This document shows positions 1-9,547 of a stretch of 64,000 nt of DNA, piece after piece; within the stretch, counting starts at the first letter, position 1; every line of letters begins with the position of its first letter. The stretch comes from Enterobacter phage phiEap-3. The position numbers and the translations under genes are program-made. The stretch is from the sequence record KT321315.1. One strand, 5' to 3'. The notes under the pieces are model-generated. The model worked only from the letters and a program-made list of their open reading frames with translations. It did no database searches and had not been told where the DNA came from.

Positions 1-2262
1 TTATTTCCACCGTATTAATTTCTTAAACTCACTGAGATTCTTTTCGTTGTTGTAAATCGGACGAATTGAATAAGAATCACTATGTTCAACAAGTGAAGCC
101 AGTAACGGGTTTAGTGATTTAAAGATTTCCCATGCCTGATCAACACGTTTTTTCATATTGCTGCGTTTAACACGCATTGATGCTATGGATTCACGCAGAA
201 TCGGACAACGCACCCTGGAAAGATTTTTGCCATCTTTTTCATACCCTTCCAGACACGCTATATGTTCTAGCGTATCAACAACCTTATACAGTTTTTCATT
301 GTATCGGTTTTTCACAATCCGATCAAGAGATACACCGAAACGGCTATGCAATGCGTCTGTTTCTGTTGAGTGTTCCTTACCAATCCATCCAGGCAAGCAG
401 TTATCTTTCAATGCCTTTTCGGATTTAACATACTGCTTGCACAGCATATCATCAAAGCATACCAGATTTGAATCTGGGATCCACTTCCAGAGGCTGTTGC
501 GGATAGCAAACACAACAGGGATCCCAGTATGGCGCATGATACGCGATAAAGTAGATTCTTTCATTGCGGAATCCATAGACAACCTGGAATTTTCACCATC
601 TAAGCGGCTATATTCATCAATACCATACAACCGAACACCTGGGGCTTTATCCAGTGATAAAAACTCTGATTTTGTCATAAACAGAGAAGTTTTTGCCAGA
701 TTGCCGTTACTATCCAACTCATAACGATATACGGTCGGGGTTTTTGGGCGCGGTTCTGAATTTTTCGGTGCATATAGCGCTTTTGATTTTTCGCGATCTG
801 CATCATAGATCTCTTTTTCTTTTGTCATTTCACTGGTACGGAGATACACAATTTCCGATTCATCAAAATGACCTTTTCGAACGATATCATTAACAATCTC
901 GCGCTTTGAATCATTATCGTAATACGCAACAAAGCTAACACGGCTTAGGTTATGCATTTTGGCATACCCGACGATATACGGTTTAACCGTGTTGGTATCC
1001 ACTTTTAACAGAATAAGTTTCTTCTGTTTCCACGGATAATAAATGCGCGTGATGTCCTGGCGTTTGGTTGTTTCTGGCTTATACTTGCTCCAGCGGCCTC
1101 CGCTACCAGTTACCTGATACCATGCATCTTTACCGTCGTATTCGTTCGCCCAATACCCAGCAATATAATCATCATTATATTTGTTTGGTTTGACTAGTTC
1201 GCTATGGATCCAACCAATAGAATCACCATTGATGCGAAAATTAGCATCTTTACCAACAAAGTTTTGTACCATTGAAGGCAGAGAATGGAACCACGTCAGT
1301 TTATCACGAACGGTTTGTAACTTCTCGAATTCTGATTTAACTCGATTGAAATATACCCGGCTGATTTGTTTCAGACGTTCTTTAACAATCCCTACTGTCA
1401 TTTTATCCATACTCAACTCTTCGCGAGAAGGCATGAAATCAAGTTCACCGATCGGGAAGTCAATAATATACGTATACTGGCTTTCTGTATAGCAATAGAA
1501 CATCGAGGTATCATACAAATCTTTATCCAGAGGATAAATGATGTTACCCATGCGAGCATATACACCGCTAGTGTATGCCGATTTATGACGGATCACCCCA
1601 CTATCATTGGTTGCTTCTTTCGGCTGATAGTTGATTTTGAGAATAGAAGCACCAACAAAGTTAGGACGAATATCAGTAAATGATTCGTATACCCTTGCTG
1701 CTTCGTTTTCCCATTCTTTGATATCTTCAACCTTAACCGGAACGGTGATAGTAACCCCGTTAGGTTCATCGCTTTCAATCTCATACAGAGGATCGCAGAA
1801 AGGTTCCCCATCATCCATATAGATTGTGTAACCGCATTTGATACCGTCTTTTACGGATTCCACCGTGAAAGCATCGGAATAGCAAAGCGGAGATTTGCAA
1901 CCCAGACCCATAGAACCGATCAGGTCGTTTGAATCATTTTTAGTTGATTCGAAGTAAACGGTAAACGCATCACTAACGAAATCAGGAGACATACCGATCC
2001 CGTAATCACGAATAACAAAACGAGGATCAACAGCAGTTGGCAACTGGACATCAAACGGGTTCTGATTTCCCGCTTCTTTGTGTCCATCGATCGCATTACA
2101 AGACAGTTCGCGAATGATTGCGCGGATCTTGTATTTGTATACTGTCGAAGAAAGGATCTTATACGCTTTCTTGTTTGCGCGTAGAGATAGTTTGTTTCGT
2201 CCCTTGCTGGTATCTGTACCAACGCGGTAGATGGTTTGCGGTGTATCTTCGCGTAATTTCAT
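1..2262 (-). CDS. rIIA: rIIA membrane-associated protein (lysis inhibition/Rex exclusion locus), GHKL-ATPase-like N-terminus
   Basis: 753 aa; N-terminal region aligns with recalled T4 rIIA (KILSS..KIRA..REL..NAIDGH, PRFV.RDFG.GMS); stop codon at nt 1-3. Confidence 0.85.
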   Translation of the reverse strand: MKLREDTPQTIYRVGTDTSKGRNKLSLRANKKAYKILSSTVYKYKIRAIIRELSCNAIDGHKEAGNQNPFDVQLPTAVDPRFVIRDYGIGMSPDFVSDAFTVYFESTKNDSNDLIGSMGLGCKSPLCYSDAFTVESVKDGIKCGYTIYMDDGEPFCDPLYEIESDEPNGVTITVPVKVEDIKEWENEAARVYESFTDIRPNFVGASILKINYQPKEATNDSGVIRHKSAYTSGVYARMGNIIYPLDKDLYDTSMFYCYTESQYTYIIDFPIGELDFMPSREELSMDKMTVGIVKERLKQISRVYFNRVKSEFEKLQTVRDKLTWFHSLPSMVQNFVGKDANFRINGDSIGWIHSELVKPNKYNDDYIAGYWANEYDGKDAWYQVTGSGGRWSKYKPETTKRQDITRIYYPWKQKKLILLKVDTNTVKPYIVGYAKMHNLSRVSFVAYYDNDSKREIVNDIVRKGHFDESEIVYLRTSEMTKEKEIYDADREKSKALYAPKNSEPRPKTPTVYRYELDSNGNLAKTSLFMTKSEFLSLDKAPGVRLYGIDEYSRLDGENSRLSMDSAMKESTLSRIMRHTGIPVVFAIRNSLWKWIPDSNLVCFDDMLCKQYVKSEKALKDNCLPGWIGKEHSTETDALHSRFGVSLDRIVKNRYNEKLYKVVDTLEHIACLEGYEKDGKNLSRVRCPILRESIASMRVKRSNMKKRVDQAWEIFKSLNPLLASLVEHSDSYSIRPIYNNEKNLSEFKKLIRWK

Positions 2263-2272
2263 TGTTTATTTC

Positions 2273-2509
2273 TCACTTAACATTAAAAATAACTTGGTCA
2301 CAAGAGTACTTTGACGGCTTTTTGTTCAGACCATATTCTACTACTTCACAATAAGTGTCAAGGAATTTTACCAATTTTTCTTCCTCGACCTGCTGTTTCT
2401 TCATATCAAGGATACCCATCACAATAGCAATGATAATAGAACAGAAGAATACGCAGATCCCAAATATGGTCAGATATTTTCCCAACTTAGGCGCATTATA
2501 ACGTGTCAT
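2273..2509 (-). CDS. small membrane protein (rIIA.1 position)
   Basis: 78 aa ORF with hydrophobic segment LTIFGICVFFCSIIIAIVMGIL; tightly packed downstream of SprT-like gene. Confidence 0.5.
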   Translation of the reverse strand: MTRYNAPKLGKYLTIFGICVFFCSIIIAIVMGILDMKKQQVEEEKLVKFLDTYCEVVEYGLNKKPSKYSCDQVIFNVK

Positions 2510-2512
2510 ACC

Positions 2513-3067
2513 TTACCCCTCTTTGCGAATGTACGCAAGTTCTTCATTGGTTACTGGACGGATATACAGACGGCCTTTTGTATATGCCTTGCGCCCACTG
2601 ATCCAAATGTTTTTCATATCCTTAACACCGTTCATCACATCGTTGTAAAACTTCTTATCAGCTTTAGCCTGATAGACTTCACGGCCTTGATAATCTTTCA
2701 TGAACAAACAATAAAGGATCTCATTCTTATCAACTAGATTAGCATCCTTTGTAGTTGTTTTACTTGGTGAAGGTTTAGCACCCAGGCGCAAGGCCATAGC
2801 TTGCCACACTTTACCATGTTCATAACCGCGCCCGACAAGAGCATGAGCGATTTCGTGTAAAAGAGTGTCTAAAATATCCTCGTAGATATCTTCCGCAACA
2901 TGACGACCAGATAGCTCGATCAGTTTTTTGGCATAACTGCAACGGCCCAGAGTTTTTGTAATGCGTCCATTGATCCGGAATGTCCAACCATTACTAATCA
3001 AACCATGTTTTTCCATCATGGTACGCGCCCAGTGGGTTACTTCCATTGCACTACGAGTTTTCAACAT
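2513..3067 (-). CDS. SprT-like zinc metallopeptidase domain protein
   Basis: HEIAH (HExxH) motif with surrounding SprT-like context; ORF-track start 3121 lies inside a terminator hairpin, so the start was moved to the downstream Met with AAGGAG Shine-Dalgarno. Confidence 0.55.
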   Translation of the reverse strand: MLKTRSAMEVTHWARTMMEKHGLISNGWTFRINGRITKTLGRCSYAKKLIELSGRHVAEDIYEDILDTLLHEIAHALVGRGYEHGKVWQAMALRLGAKPSPSKTTTKDANLVDKNEILYCLFMKDYQGREVYQAKADKKFYNDVMNGVKDMKNIWISGRKAYTKGRLYIRPVTNEELAYIRKEG

Positions 3068-3105
3068 TTTAGAATCTCCTTTGCTTGGTACAAAACCAAT
3101 ATAGC

Positions 3106-3131
3106 AAAAAGCCCCCTGCATTGCAAGAGGC
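3106..3131 (-). terminator. rho-independent terminator after gene 52
   Basis: minus-strand reading AGCCTCTTGCAATGCAGGGGGCT plus T5; same element as 55331-55359. Confidence 0.6.
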
Positions 3132-3138
3132 TTTGTAA

Positions 3139-4425
3139 TTATTTCAACTTCTTAGAAAGTTCTTTTAAATCATTGAGATACTCAATTTTAGGGGTTGTTT
3201 CTTCCCAGTATTTCAACTGTTTACGCAATTCTTCGGCTTCGTCTTCCAGCTTTTTGCTTTCGTCCGTGGTTAGATGGTAGATGTTCATAGCCACTAACAT
3301 TTCGGCATGATTCTCGCAACCTATCCACGTAGACACAAATTTAACCGCTTCGCTGCGATTAAGGCCACGCAGAGAATCAGGAGATTCTACCATTTGAGTA
3401 ATAAACGCAACCTTTGCTAGTGCTTTATCTAACGCTTCCTTAGTCTCCTGGATACGCTTATTGATACGCTGTTGATATACATTCATACGAATATCAACGA
3501 AATCCTTTAGAAGCGTTTCAGGGCGTTCATATGAGTATAGTTTGCCCTCAAAGATAACGTTAATGTTTGGGTTTGAGTTTTCAATCAAGCCGAAATCTTT
3601 CAGGATCTTTTCACGGGTTAGCCCATTAGCATACTCTCGCTTGAGCGTTACTTCATACCGAAAATCTTCTTTCGATAGATCCTTGTAGCTAACGATAACG
3701 CCTTTTTCTTCCAGCTTGTCAAGGATTGCGATGTATTTCACACGGTCATATTTCACTGGGATCTCAGTGATCACCAATTTGGTTTTACCTTGCAATTCAT
3801 AGGTGCCATAAATCGTACCGTCTGTGATTTCACCTTTAAAGTAAGGATATTTCAGATCCAGTGTGAAATCTTTATCATTAAGATATGCAATACACCCGTT
3901 AACAACTGATTTAGGATCATGAGGCGGAATGTTTGTTGCATATGCTTTTGCAATCCCGCTAAACCCGTTAACCAGTACCATCGGGATGATCGGGAGATAG
4001 TACGCTGGCGGTACGTGTTCCGGATCTTCATGAACTGGAGTTAAATCACCATCCATATAAATTGCTTTGAATATTGGCGATAGTTTGCACTTGATGTAAC
4101 GAGGTGCGCCAGGTTTCTTAACCAGACGGGAACCAAAGAACCCATCACGATCGAATAACGGAATGTTATTGCACCAGTGCGCCGCCATAAGGGATAACGC
4201 TTCTTCTACAGAGGTTTCCCCGTGGTGATATCCATACATAGCAACACCGCCAGCGATAGAAGCTACTTTCTGAAATCCCGTTCCGCCCTGCATAGCAGAG
4301 TGAATAAAGAAGCGGTGAACGGGTTTGAACCCGTCTACCAGGTGCGGGATCGCACGTGAATAAATCGTGTAAAGGGCAAACGTTAGCCCTTCCACCTGTA
4401 CAACATCTTTAATACTTCTTTCCAT
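3139..4425 (-). CDS. 52: DNA topoisomerase II medium subunit (GyrA-like N-terminal domain)
   Basis: 428 aa; GyrA-type motif DGFKPVHRFFIHSAM; size matches T4 gp52 (442 aa). Confidence 0.85.
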   Translation of the reverse strand: MERSIKDVVQVEGLTFALYTIYSRAIPHLVDGFKPVHRFFIHSAMQGGTGFQKVASIAGGVAMYGYHHGETSVEEALSLMAAHWCNNIPLFDRDGFFGSRLVKKPGAPRYIKCKLSPIFKAIYMDGDLTPVHEDPEHVPPAYYLPIIPMVLVNGFSGIAKAYATNIPPHDPKSVVNGCIAYLNDKDFTLDLKYPYFKGEITDGTIYGTYELQGKTKLVITEIPVKYDRVKYIAILDKLEEKGVIVSYKDLSKEDFRYEVTLKREYANGLTREKILKDFGLIENSNPNINVIFEGKLYSYERPETLLKDFVDIRMNVYQQRINKRIQETKEALDKALAKVAFITQMVESPDSLRGLNRSEAVKFVSTWIGCENHAEMLVAMNIYHLTTDESKKLEDEAEELRKQLKYWEETTPKIEYLNDLKELSKKLK

Positions 4426-6329
4426 TAGTCAACCTTAGAAAATTTGTGTTTTCCATTAACCCAATCTTTACGCGGATCGGATTCGTCACCGAAGCATAGT
4501 TCTAACACTTCTTTGTATTCGTCGTCAAGTACGATGACATCATACTTCAACTGATCACCCAGAACACGGTCGTAATCTTCTTTGCGTAAAGAACCCAGCC
4601 CTTTGATGTATCGTACATCTTTTGCTTTATCGCGGAAAGGTGCAAACTCATCAAGAGAATAGAACCATTTTTCCTCGCGCCCAACTTTAGCGATAACGAT
4701 CGGGGTTCGAATATATCGGATCCGTTTTTCTGCAAACAGAGAAGGCCAACGGCTAAAGAATGCAAGCAACAGGGTTAAAATGTCGCCGCCGTCAACGTCA
4801 GCATCGACCATGATACCGATATTATCATAAGTCATTCCGGAAGTATCACCAGGATGAATATTGAGGATAGCCATTAGCTCAAACAGTTCTTTGTTTTTGA
4901 TAATGTCTGTAAAACTCATACCCCATGTATTCAGAGGCTTACCACGTAGCGGGAAAGCGCCTTGTGTTTCTTCGTTACGGCATTCGATGAACTGACCAAC
5001 AGCGGAATCGCCTTCTGTCAGAAACAGTGTTGTTTCTACCCCTGGAGTATCGATACCGGAAGCCGGAACGTGTTTAGCAATCTTTGCTTTTTTCGCTTTC
5101 TTTTTCGCTTTGGTGATCGCGGCGGCTTCTGCTGCTTGTTTACGAATCAATGCGGATTCAATGATCGGAGTAATGATTTCTGGGGTATCCATAATCATTT
5201 TTGCGATCTTTTTATAGTTCAAATTCGCATGATTGTTAAACTCACCTGCTGTATTTGCCAATCGCTCTTTTGTTTGGCTATCGAATGCAGGTGCATTAAA
5301 GTTATGCAGGAATACCACAAGAGTTAAGCATTCTTTTACACGTGCTTTCGGGATCTCGATACTATGCTTTTTCTTGATCATGGGTTCAAGTTCAGAATAG
5401 ATACCATCGATCATACATTCAACATGAACACCGCCGTTTTTCGTATCCAGACCGTTAACAAAGGATTTCTGTTTAAACCCGTCCTCAGTGCTTGCCAGAA
5501 TGAAGCTGAGACGATTATTTGTCTGGACAATGGTTTTATCCCCATACATGGAAGCGTACAGCGGGAAGCGATTAGAGAGCGTTTCACCGTTATATGTGAA
5601 TTTCACAGACGGGAAAGCAACGGCAAGGGCCATTAAGCGATCCTTAATCACTTCTTTGGTTTCTTCATCGATACCAGTTACACCAAACATAGAGAAGTCT
5701 GGAGTAAACTTAACAGTAGTACCCTGTTCTTTGCTGGGGCTGGTTCGGTAATCGATGTTCTGTGCGCCGTCCGTACAGTTAATGGTTACTTTGCGTTTCC
5801 CGTTTGCAGTCTCGCCAATAAAAATCGAGCTATAGCAGTTTGTCAGGAAAGAACCAACACCATTCATACCCATCGTCACGCGGTTTTTATCATCGAAGTT
5901 AGAACCCGATTTTGCCATAGTCCATGCTGCAACTGGTTTAGGAACTATTTTCCCGTCTGGGGTTTTTACATCATCCTGGGGAATACCGCGCCCGTTATCA
6001 GAGATTTTAACCAGATTATGATCAATGGTTACATCAATCTTATTAGCATGTTTGAATTCAGTTCGGATCGCTTCATCAATCGAGTTATCAAGGATTTCGT
6101 TGATGATTTTAACCAACCCTTCCACGTACTCAACCTTGCGATATTGGCCCATTATGAAACGTTCGTGCGCCTCTTTGTTAACCGATCCGACGTACATATT
6201 TGGACGCAACCGAATATGATCGCGATCGCTCATACAAAATGATTCGTCAACCTTTGCGCCCTTTTTGGCTGGTTGCGGTTTCTGTTCTGGTTCATCATCT
6301 GCCAGAAGAAAATCTAAACTCATATTCAC
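4425..6329 (-). CDS. 39: DNA topoisomerase II large subunit, GyrB-like, gp39 and gp60 fused
   Basis: 634 aa GyrB-like (GHKL ATPase plus Toprim); the single ORF covers what T4 splits into genes 39 and 60. Confidence 0.88.
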   Translation of the reverse strand: MNMSLDFLLADDEPEQKPQPAKKGAKVDESFCMSDRDHIRLRPNMYVGSVNKEAHERFIMGQYRKVEYVEGLVKIINEILDNSIDEAIRTEFKHANKIDVTIDHNLVKISDNGRGIPQDDVKTPDGKIVPKPVAAWTMAKSGSNFDDKNRVTMGMNGVGSFLTNCYSSIFIGETANGKRKVTINCTDGAQNIDYRTSPSKEQGTTVKFTPDFSMFGVTGIDEETKEVIKDRLMALAVAFPSVKFTYNGETLSNRFPLYASMYGDKTIVQTNNRLSFILASTEDGFKQKSFVNGLDTKNGGVHVECMIDGIYSELEPMIKKKHSIEIPKARVKECLTLVVFLHNFNAPAFDSQTKERLANTAGEFNNHANLNYKKIAKMIMDTPEIITPIIESALIRKQAAEAAAITKAKKKAKKAKIAKHVPASGIDTPGVETTLFLTEGDSAVGQFIECRNEETQGAFPLRGKPLNTWGMSFTDIIKNKELFELMAILNIHPGDTSGMTYDNIGIMVDADVDGGDILTLLLAFFSRWPSLFAEKRIRYIRTPIVIAKVGREEKWFYSLDEFAPFRDKAKDVRYIKGLGSLRKEDYDRVLGDQLKYDVIVLDDEYKEVLELCFGDESDPRKDWVNGKHKFSKVD

Positions 6330-6330
6330 C

Positions 6331-6365
6331 TCTTTGTTTAATCACTGACATTATATAGGGTTCTA
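6331..6365 (-). promoter_or_regulatory. putative promoter for the topoisomerase genes
   Basis: minus-strand CTATATAATG (TATAAT -10) and AAGAGGTG Shine-Dalgarno upstream of the gene 39/60 ATG. Confidence 0.35.
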
Positions 6366-6392
6366 TGAAAAAGAAAACCCCTTTCGGGGTTT
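6366..6392 (-). terminator. rho-independent terminator
   Basis: minus-strand ACCCCGAAAGGGGT followed by TTTTCTTTTT. Confidence 0.65.
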
Positions 6393-6555
6393 ACTTGTTA
6401 TAAGGGAAACCATCACGAACCATTTGAGGTTTATCAACTGTTCGTTTTGCTTCGCCTCCGCAATCACAATCTTTCGGTGCATCACGGGTAGCAATGCTTG
6501 CCATTTTTGGAAATTCTTTATTACACTTAGTGCATTTATAGGTATAGGTAGGCAT
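6391..6555 (-). CDS. FmdB-family zinc-ribbon protein (unlisted small ORF)
   Basis: hand translation MPTYTYKCTKCNKEFPKMASIATRDAPKDCDCGGEAKRTVDKPQMVRDGFPYNK; CxxC...CxC zinc-ribbon pattern; ATG overlaps the stop of the upstream gene; followed by a terminator. Confidence 0.5.
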   Translation of the reverse strand: MPTYTYKCTKCNKEFPKMASIATRDAPKDCDCGGEAKRTVDKPQMVRDGFPYNK

Positions 6556-6995
6556 TAATAAATCTCTTTTAAACTCAACATCTTAACTAAACGGGCTTTG
6601 TCTATGCCAAAAACACATTGACGTGCGCCCGGATACAATTTTTCAACTTCGTATACCATGCAGACGAAACCAACATTGTGCATGTACTCGCGTTCATATG
6701 CATTGAACCAACGAGAAAGGCGCTGTATTGACTGAAAACCAAAGTATAACCCAGCCGCTTGAAAGTCTACATTATCTTTTTCAAGGTTGCGCATCAATCG
6801 ATTATCGTCATCCGGCGCTGGATGTCGGTGATCATCCATATCAATATAGATATCAGGATTCATACAGAATTGATCAAGCCATTCAGCAGTATCCATTGAC
6901 AAATAACGATTGACATATGGGCCACTTTTTGTTTGCCATTTTTCTGTACAATCATTCCAGAAAGAACAAGAAAATTCCACACGATATACGAACAT
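6555..6995 (-). CDS. hypothetical protein
   Basis: 146 aa ORF in a compact minus-strand operon. Confidence 0.55.
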   Translation of the reverse strand: MFVYRVEFSCSFWNDCTEKWQTKSGPYVNRYLSMDTAEWLDQFCMNPDIYIDMDDHRHPAPDDDNRLMRNLEKDNVDFQAAGLYFGFQSIQRLSRWFNAYEREYMHNVGFVCMVYEVEKLYPGARQCVFGIDKARLVKMLSLKEIY

Positions 6996-7017
6996 GATAT
7001 AATCCTCACAAGTAAAC

Positions 7018-7611
7018 TCAAGGTTTACAAGTACGATACCACTTATCTAATTTTTCGTCAAGCATTTCGTTGATAATTTTTGCAATTTCGTGCCGTCCGT
7101 GAGTAGTACCCAGTTCCAGGTAAATCACATCAAGTGCGCACACGATCGCATCAATACTTTCTTCAACGATATTACCGCCGCGTTGAGGCTGAATGAGGCA
7201 TTCGCTGATCTCGCCAACTTCCGCTGATAGGTGATGAACCACATCACTCTTCGTGCGTTTCTTCACTTTATGCGCGGTTTCGAAAAACTTATCAAGTACA
7301 ATCGCCGTTTCTTCTCGCGTTGCAGTATTCTCGGATGTCGTATCCATCGCATTTCGCAAAACAGTTTCCAAAGATGTAAAATAGTTTTCAAACACGTTGA
7401 AAGGGATCACATGAGGAACACCATTCAAAAACACACCTTCTTTACAAACATAATGGATTTTGCGCGGAATAGACAAACCGCCGCTGCGTTCCAAATGTCG
7501 TTTAATGCTTGCTACAAAATCGAAATCTTTTCCGTATCCAGCCAACATACTGTGATAAGTGAGTTGACCAATTTCCGGAACATAGAGATCATTTTCTTTA
7601 TACAGATTCAT
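7018..7611 (-). CDS. hypothetical protein with MazG-like NTP-pyrophosphohydrolase C-terminal motif
   Basis: 197 aa; HLSAEVGEISECL...EESIDAIVCALDVIY resembles the MazG EExxE/D helices. Confidence 0.4.
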   Translation of the reverse strand: MNLYKENDLYVPEIGQLTYHSMLAGYGKDFDFVASIKRHLERSGGLSIPRKIHYVCKEGVFLNGVPHVIPFNVFENYFTSLETVLRNAMDTTSENTATREETAIVLDKFFETAHKVKKRTKSDVVHHLSAEVGEISECLIQPQRGGNIVEESIDAIVCALDVIYLELGTTHGRHEIAKIINEMLDEKLDKWYRTCKP

Positions 7612-7909
7612 TTACAATACCTTTATGGTAGCCAAAAATATAACAATCAATCGAAGGACGTTCACCAGGGAAGTGAATGCATTGCATGATGCGTTCAGCC
7701 ATTAGATCTTCTCCCATGTATACCGAAGTAGTTTCTTCGTTGTAATGGGTATCATACGACGTTTTAAGCGTCATGCCCGGAAGCCCTGCAATGTGCATGA
7801 ATTTAGAATTGGTGCAAGGTTTTCCTACTTCACCGTTAACCATCAACACTGCATTAGTTTTACGTGCTTTTCTCATTTGAATTTCACCCCGATTTGCGAT
7901 ACGTTCCAT
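7598..7909 (-). CDS. hypothetical protein
   Basis: 103 aa ORF; 14-nt overlap with the downstream gene. Confidence 0.5.
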   Translation of the reverse strand: MERIANRGEIQMRKARKTNAVLMVNGEVGKPCTNSKFMHIAGLPGMTLKTSYDTHYNEETTSVYMGEDLMAERIMQCIHFPGERPSIDCYIFGYHKGIVNESV

Positions 7910-8469
7910 TCTTTTACGTCATCAACAATATCATAATGGTTGATGTATGGTAAAGCAATTTTTAAATTACTCGCGTCTTGAATGTTGCGTAAGAAACGAG
8001 TAGGAGAAAGAAGACACAACCGCTCGGATCCGTTGTTTCCTTTAGCGGCAAATGATAGGGTTTCTCCCCCGTCAATCTTCATATCAACAGAAATCGTTTT
8101 GAATTCTGGTGCGTATGACGTGATTTTGCCGTTGTCTCTCGGTGTACTATAGAAACATACACTTTGTGGGACATTATAACGGTCTGTTTCAATGTACATG
8201 TAATCGCCGTCAGTCATTCCCCACACAGTGTAAAGGGATCCGGTATAGTCACCAAAGGAATTTTTAAAATCTTCCTTCGTGGTGTATCCCAGAGAGCGCA
8301 ATTGCATAAGCTGGTTATGTTGTTCGATTGCGTCGGCTTTTTGTTGTTCCTGTACTTGCGCATCAATCGTTTCTTGCCAGGAATTATACGCATAGTAACC
8401 CACAACAGCGATTACAGCCATAACCCCTACAGCTTTCCAGATTTTAGCGTCTTCGTTTTTGTTACTCAT
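7873..8469 (-). CDS. membrane-anchored hypothetical protein
   Basis: 198 aa; N-terminal TM helix AVGVMAVIAVVGYYAY followed by a Q/E-rich coiled coil. Confidence 0.55.
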   Translation of the reverse strand: MSNKNEDAKIWKAVGVMAVIAVVGYYAYNSWQETIDAQVQEQQKADAIEQHNQLMQLRSLGYTTKEDFKNSFGDYTGSLYTVWGMTDGDYMYIETDRYNVPQSVCFYSTPRDNGKITSYAPEFKTISVDMKIDGGETLSFAAKGNNGSERLCLLSPTRFLRNIQDASNLKIALPYINHYDIVDDVKEWNVSQIGVKFK

Positions 8470-8486
8470 GCTATATTCCTTTTAAG

Positions 8487-8506
8487 AAAAAGGGCCGAAG
8501 CCCCTT
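8487..8506 (-). terminator. GC hairpin with CGAAG loop followed by T5 on the minus strand
   Basis: AGGGCCGAAGCCCCT family member. Confidence 0.5.
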
Positions 8507-8508
8507 TG

Positions 8509-8838
8509 TTAACGAAGATAAACCACATAACCGCTTTGGTCAATCGCGCGGTCTGCGTCATTGAAGATATTACCACGAATTCCTTTTGCTGGTGCTTTCC
8601 AGCTTGCAGGTTTCAGGATATTACCATCATTATCGATGAAGGCGGCAACAGAACGCTGATTGAACATTTCGCCTGTTTCTTTGTTGCGAGTATCCTGAAC
8701 AACGCGATGATATTTGCGACCTTTCTCCAGAACGAAAACAGTTTCGAAAGGAGAATCTTGGAAACGAGCGTTACGCGCTTTGTACATTGCTTCCAGGAAA
8801 GGGGCTGCTTTTTCTGCGAGGATTTCGAAAGTGTTCAT
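8509..8838 (-). CDS. hypothetical protein
   Basis: 109 aa ORF preceded by the conserved promoter/leader cassette and followed by a GC hairpin. Confidence 0.55.
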   Translation of the reverse strand: MNTFEILAEKAAPFLEAMYKARNARFQDSPFETVFVLEKGRKYHRVVQDTRNKETGEMFNQRSVAAFIDNDGNILKPASWKAPAKGIRGNIFNDADRAIDQSGYVVYLR

Positions 8839-8856
8839 GGTATATCTCCTAAAGTG

Positions 8857-8887
8857 TGTTTCGTTTCGATGTAAGTACTATATCAAA
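8857..8887 (-). promoter_or_regulatory. conserved promoter-leader cassette (TTTGATATAGT-N5-CATCGAAACGAAACA)
   Basis: extended -10 (TG-N-TATAGT) then conserved leader; drives gene 8509-8838. Confidence 0.5.
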
Positions 8888-8897
8888 GGTAGTTATT

Positions 8898-9122
8898 CTA
8901 TGCAAGGCTTTTTTCGTTATCAAGCAAATATTTTAAGTGTTCTTTTAATGCAGGGAGTTCGTTCAAATGGCGTTGCTTAACTTTCTCGTACTCTTTGCGT
9001 TCCCAGTTTTCAAGATTGCTTGCCAACGCTTCATCACAATAAGCGATCCCGCGTTCTGCATCCTGAACTTTCTGTTTCCATTGTGCAACTGCTTGTTGAT
9101 AAAGAGAACCGTTAACCATCAT
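8898..9122 (-). CDS. hypothetical coiled-coil protein
   Basis: 74 aa ORF with its own promoter/leader cassette. Confidence 0.5.
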   Translation of the reverse strand: MMVNGSLYQQAVAQWKQKVQDAERGIAYCDEALASNLENWERKEYEKVKQRHLNELPALKEHLKYLLDNEKSLA

Positions 9123-9136
9123 AATAATTTCCTCCC

Positions 9137-9158
9137 TTGTTTCGATGGGGTAACTATA
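9137..9158 (-). promoter_or_regulatory. conserved promoter-leader cassette (TTTGGTATAGT-N5-CATCGAAAC)
   Basis: family member upstream of gene 8898-9122. Confidence 0.5.
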
Positions 9159-9195
9159 CCAAAGCTACCCCAGAATGTTTTAACAAAAAGTGCTA

Positions 9196-9459
9196 TTAGT
9201 AGGTATCTAGTTTATACATTTTGCACCAGTTCATGAATTCTTCGAAAGTCTGAGTATTAACACGTTTTTCCTTCTTCACTTTCTTAGTGATTACAGGACG
9301 GTTAGTAAAACGTTTTTGCATTTTCACAGTGATTGCTACTTTATCGCCCAGGTCTTCAACCTTTTCAACCAGCGCCCACTGAGAACCAATTTCAGCACCG
9401 AAAGATAAACCAACAATCTCACCTGCTTTAACATTTGCTGCATATTTTACTTTAACCAT
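9196..9459 (-). CDS. hypothetical protein
   Basis: ORF-track start 9525 lies inside a terminator hairpin; start moved to MVKVKY, which follows a GAAAGGAA Shine-Dalgarno. Confidence 0.5.
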   Translation of the reverse strand: MVKVKYAANVKAGEIVGLSFGAEIGSQWALVEKVEDLGDKVAITVKMQKRFTNRPVITKKVKKEKRVNTQTFEEFMNWCKMYKLDTY

Positions 9460-9477
9460 TTTCGTATTCCTTTCTCT

Positions 9478-9531
9478 GTTTCGTTTCGATGAATACAAGA
9501 TACCAAAAAGCCTCCCGCAATGCAAGAGGCT
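9478..9531 (-). promoter_or_regulatory. terminator hairpin (9509-9531) then promoter-leader cassette (TTTGGTATCTT...CATCGAAACGAAACA)
   Basis: AAGCCTCTTGCATTGCGGGAGGCTTTTT followed by the leader family member; upstream of gene 9196-9459. Confidence 0.5.
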
Positions 9532-9547
9532 TCTTTAACAAAAAGTG

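Noticed and set aside
7231-7689. 152-aa plus-strand ORF
   Set aside because: Antisense to the minus-strand gene 7018-7611, with no independent signals.
8164-8874. 236-aa plus-strand ORF
   Set aside because: Lies entirely antisense to two well-supported minus-strand genes with their own promoter/terminator cassettes. It has no Shine-Dalgarno and looks like a shadow ORF.
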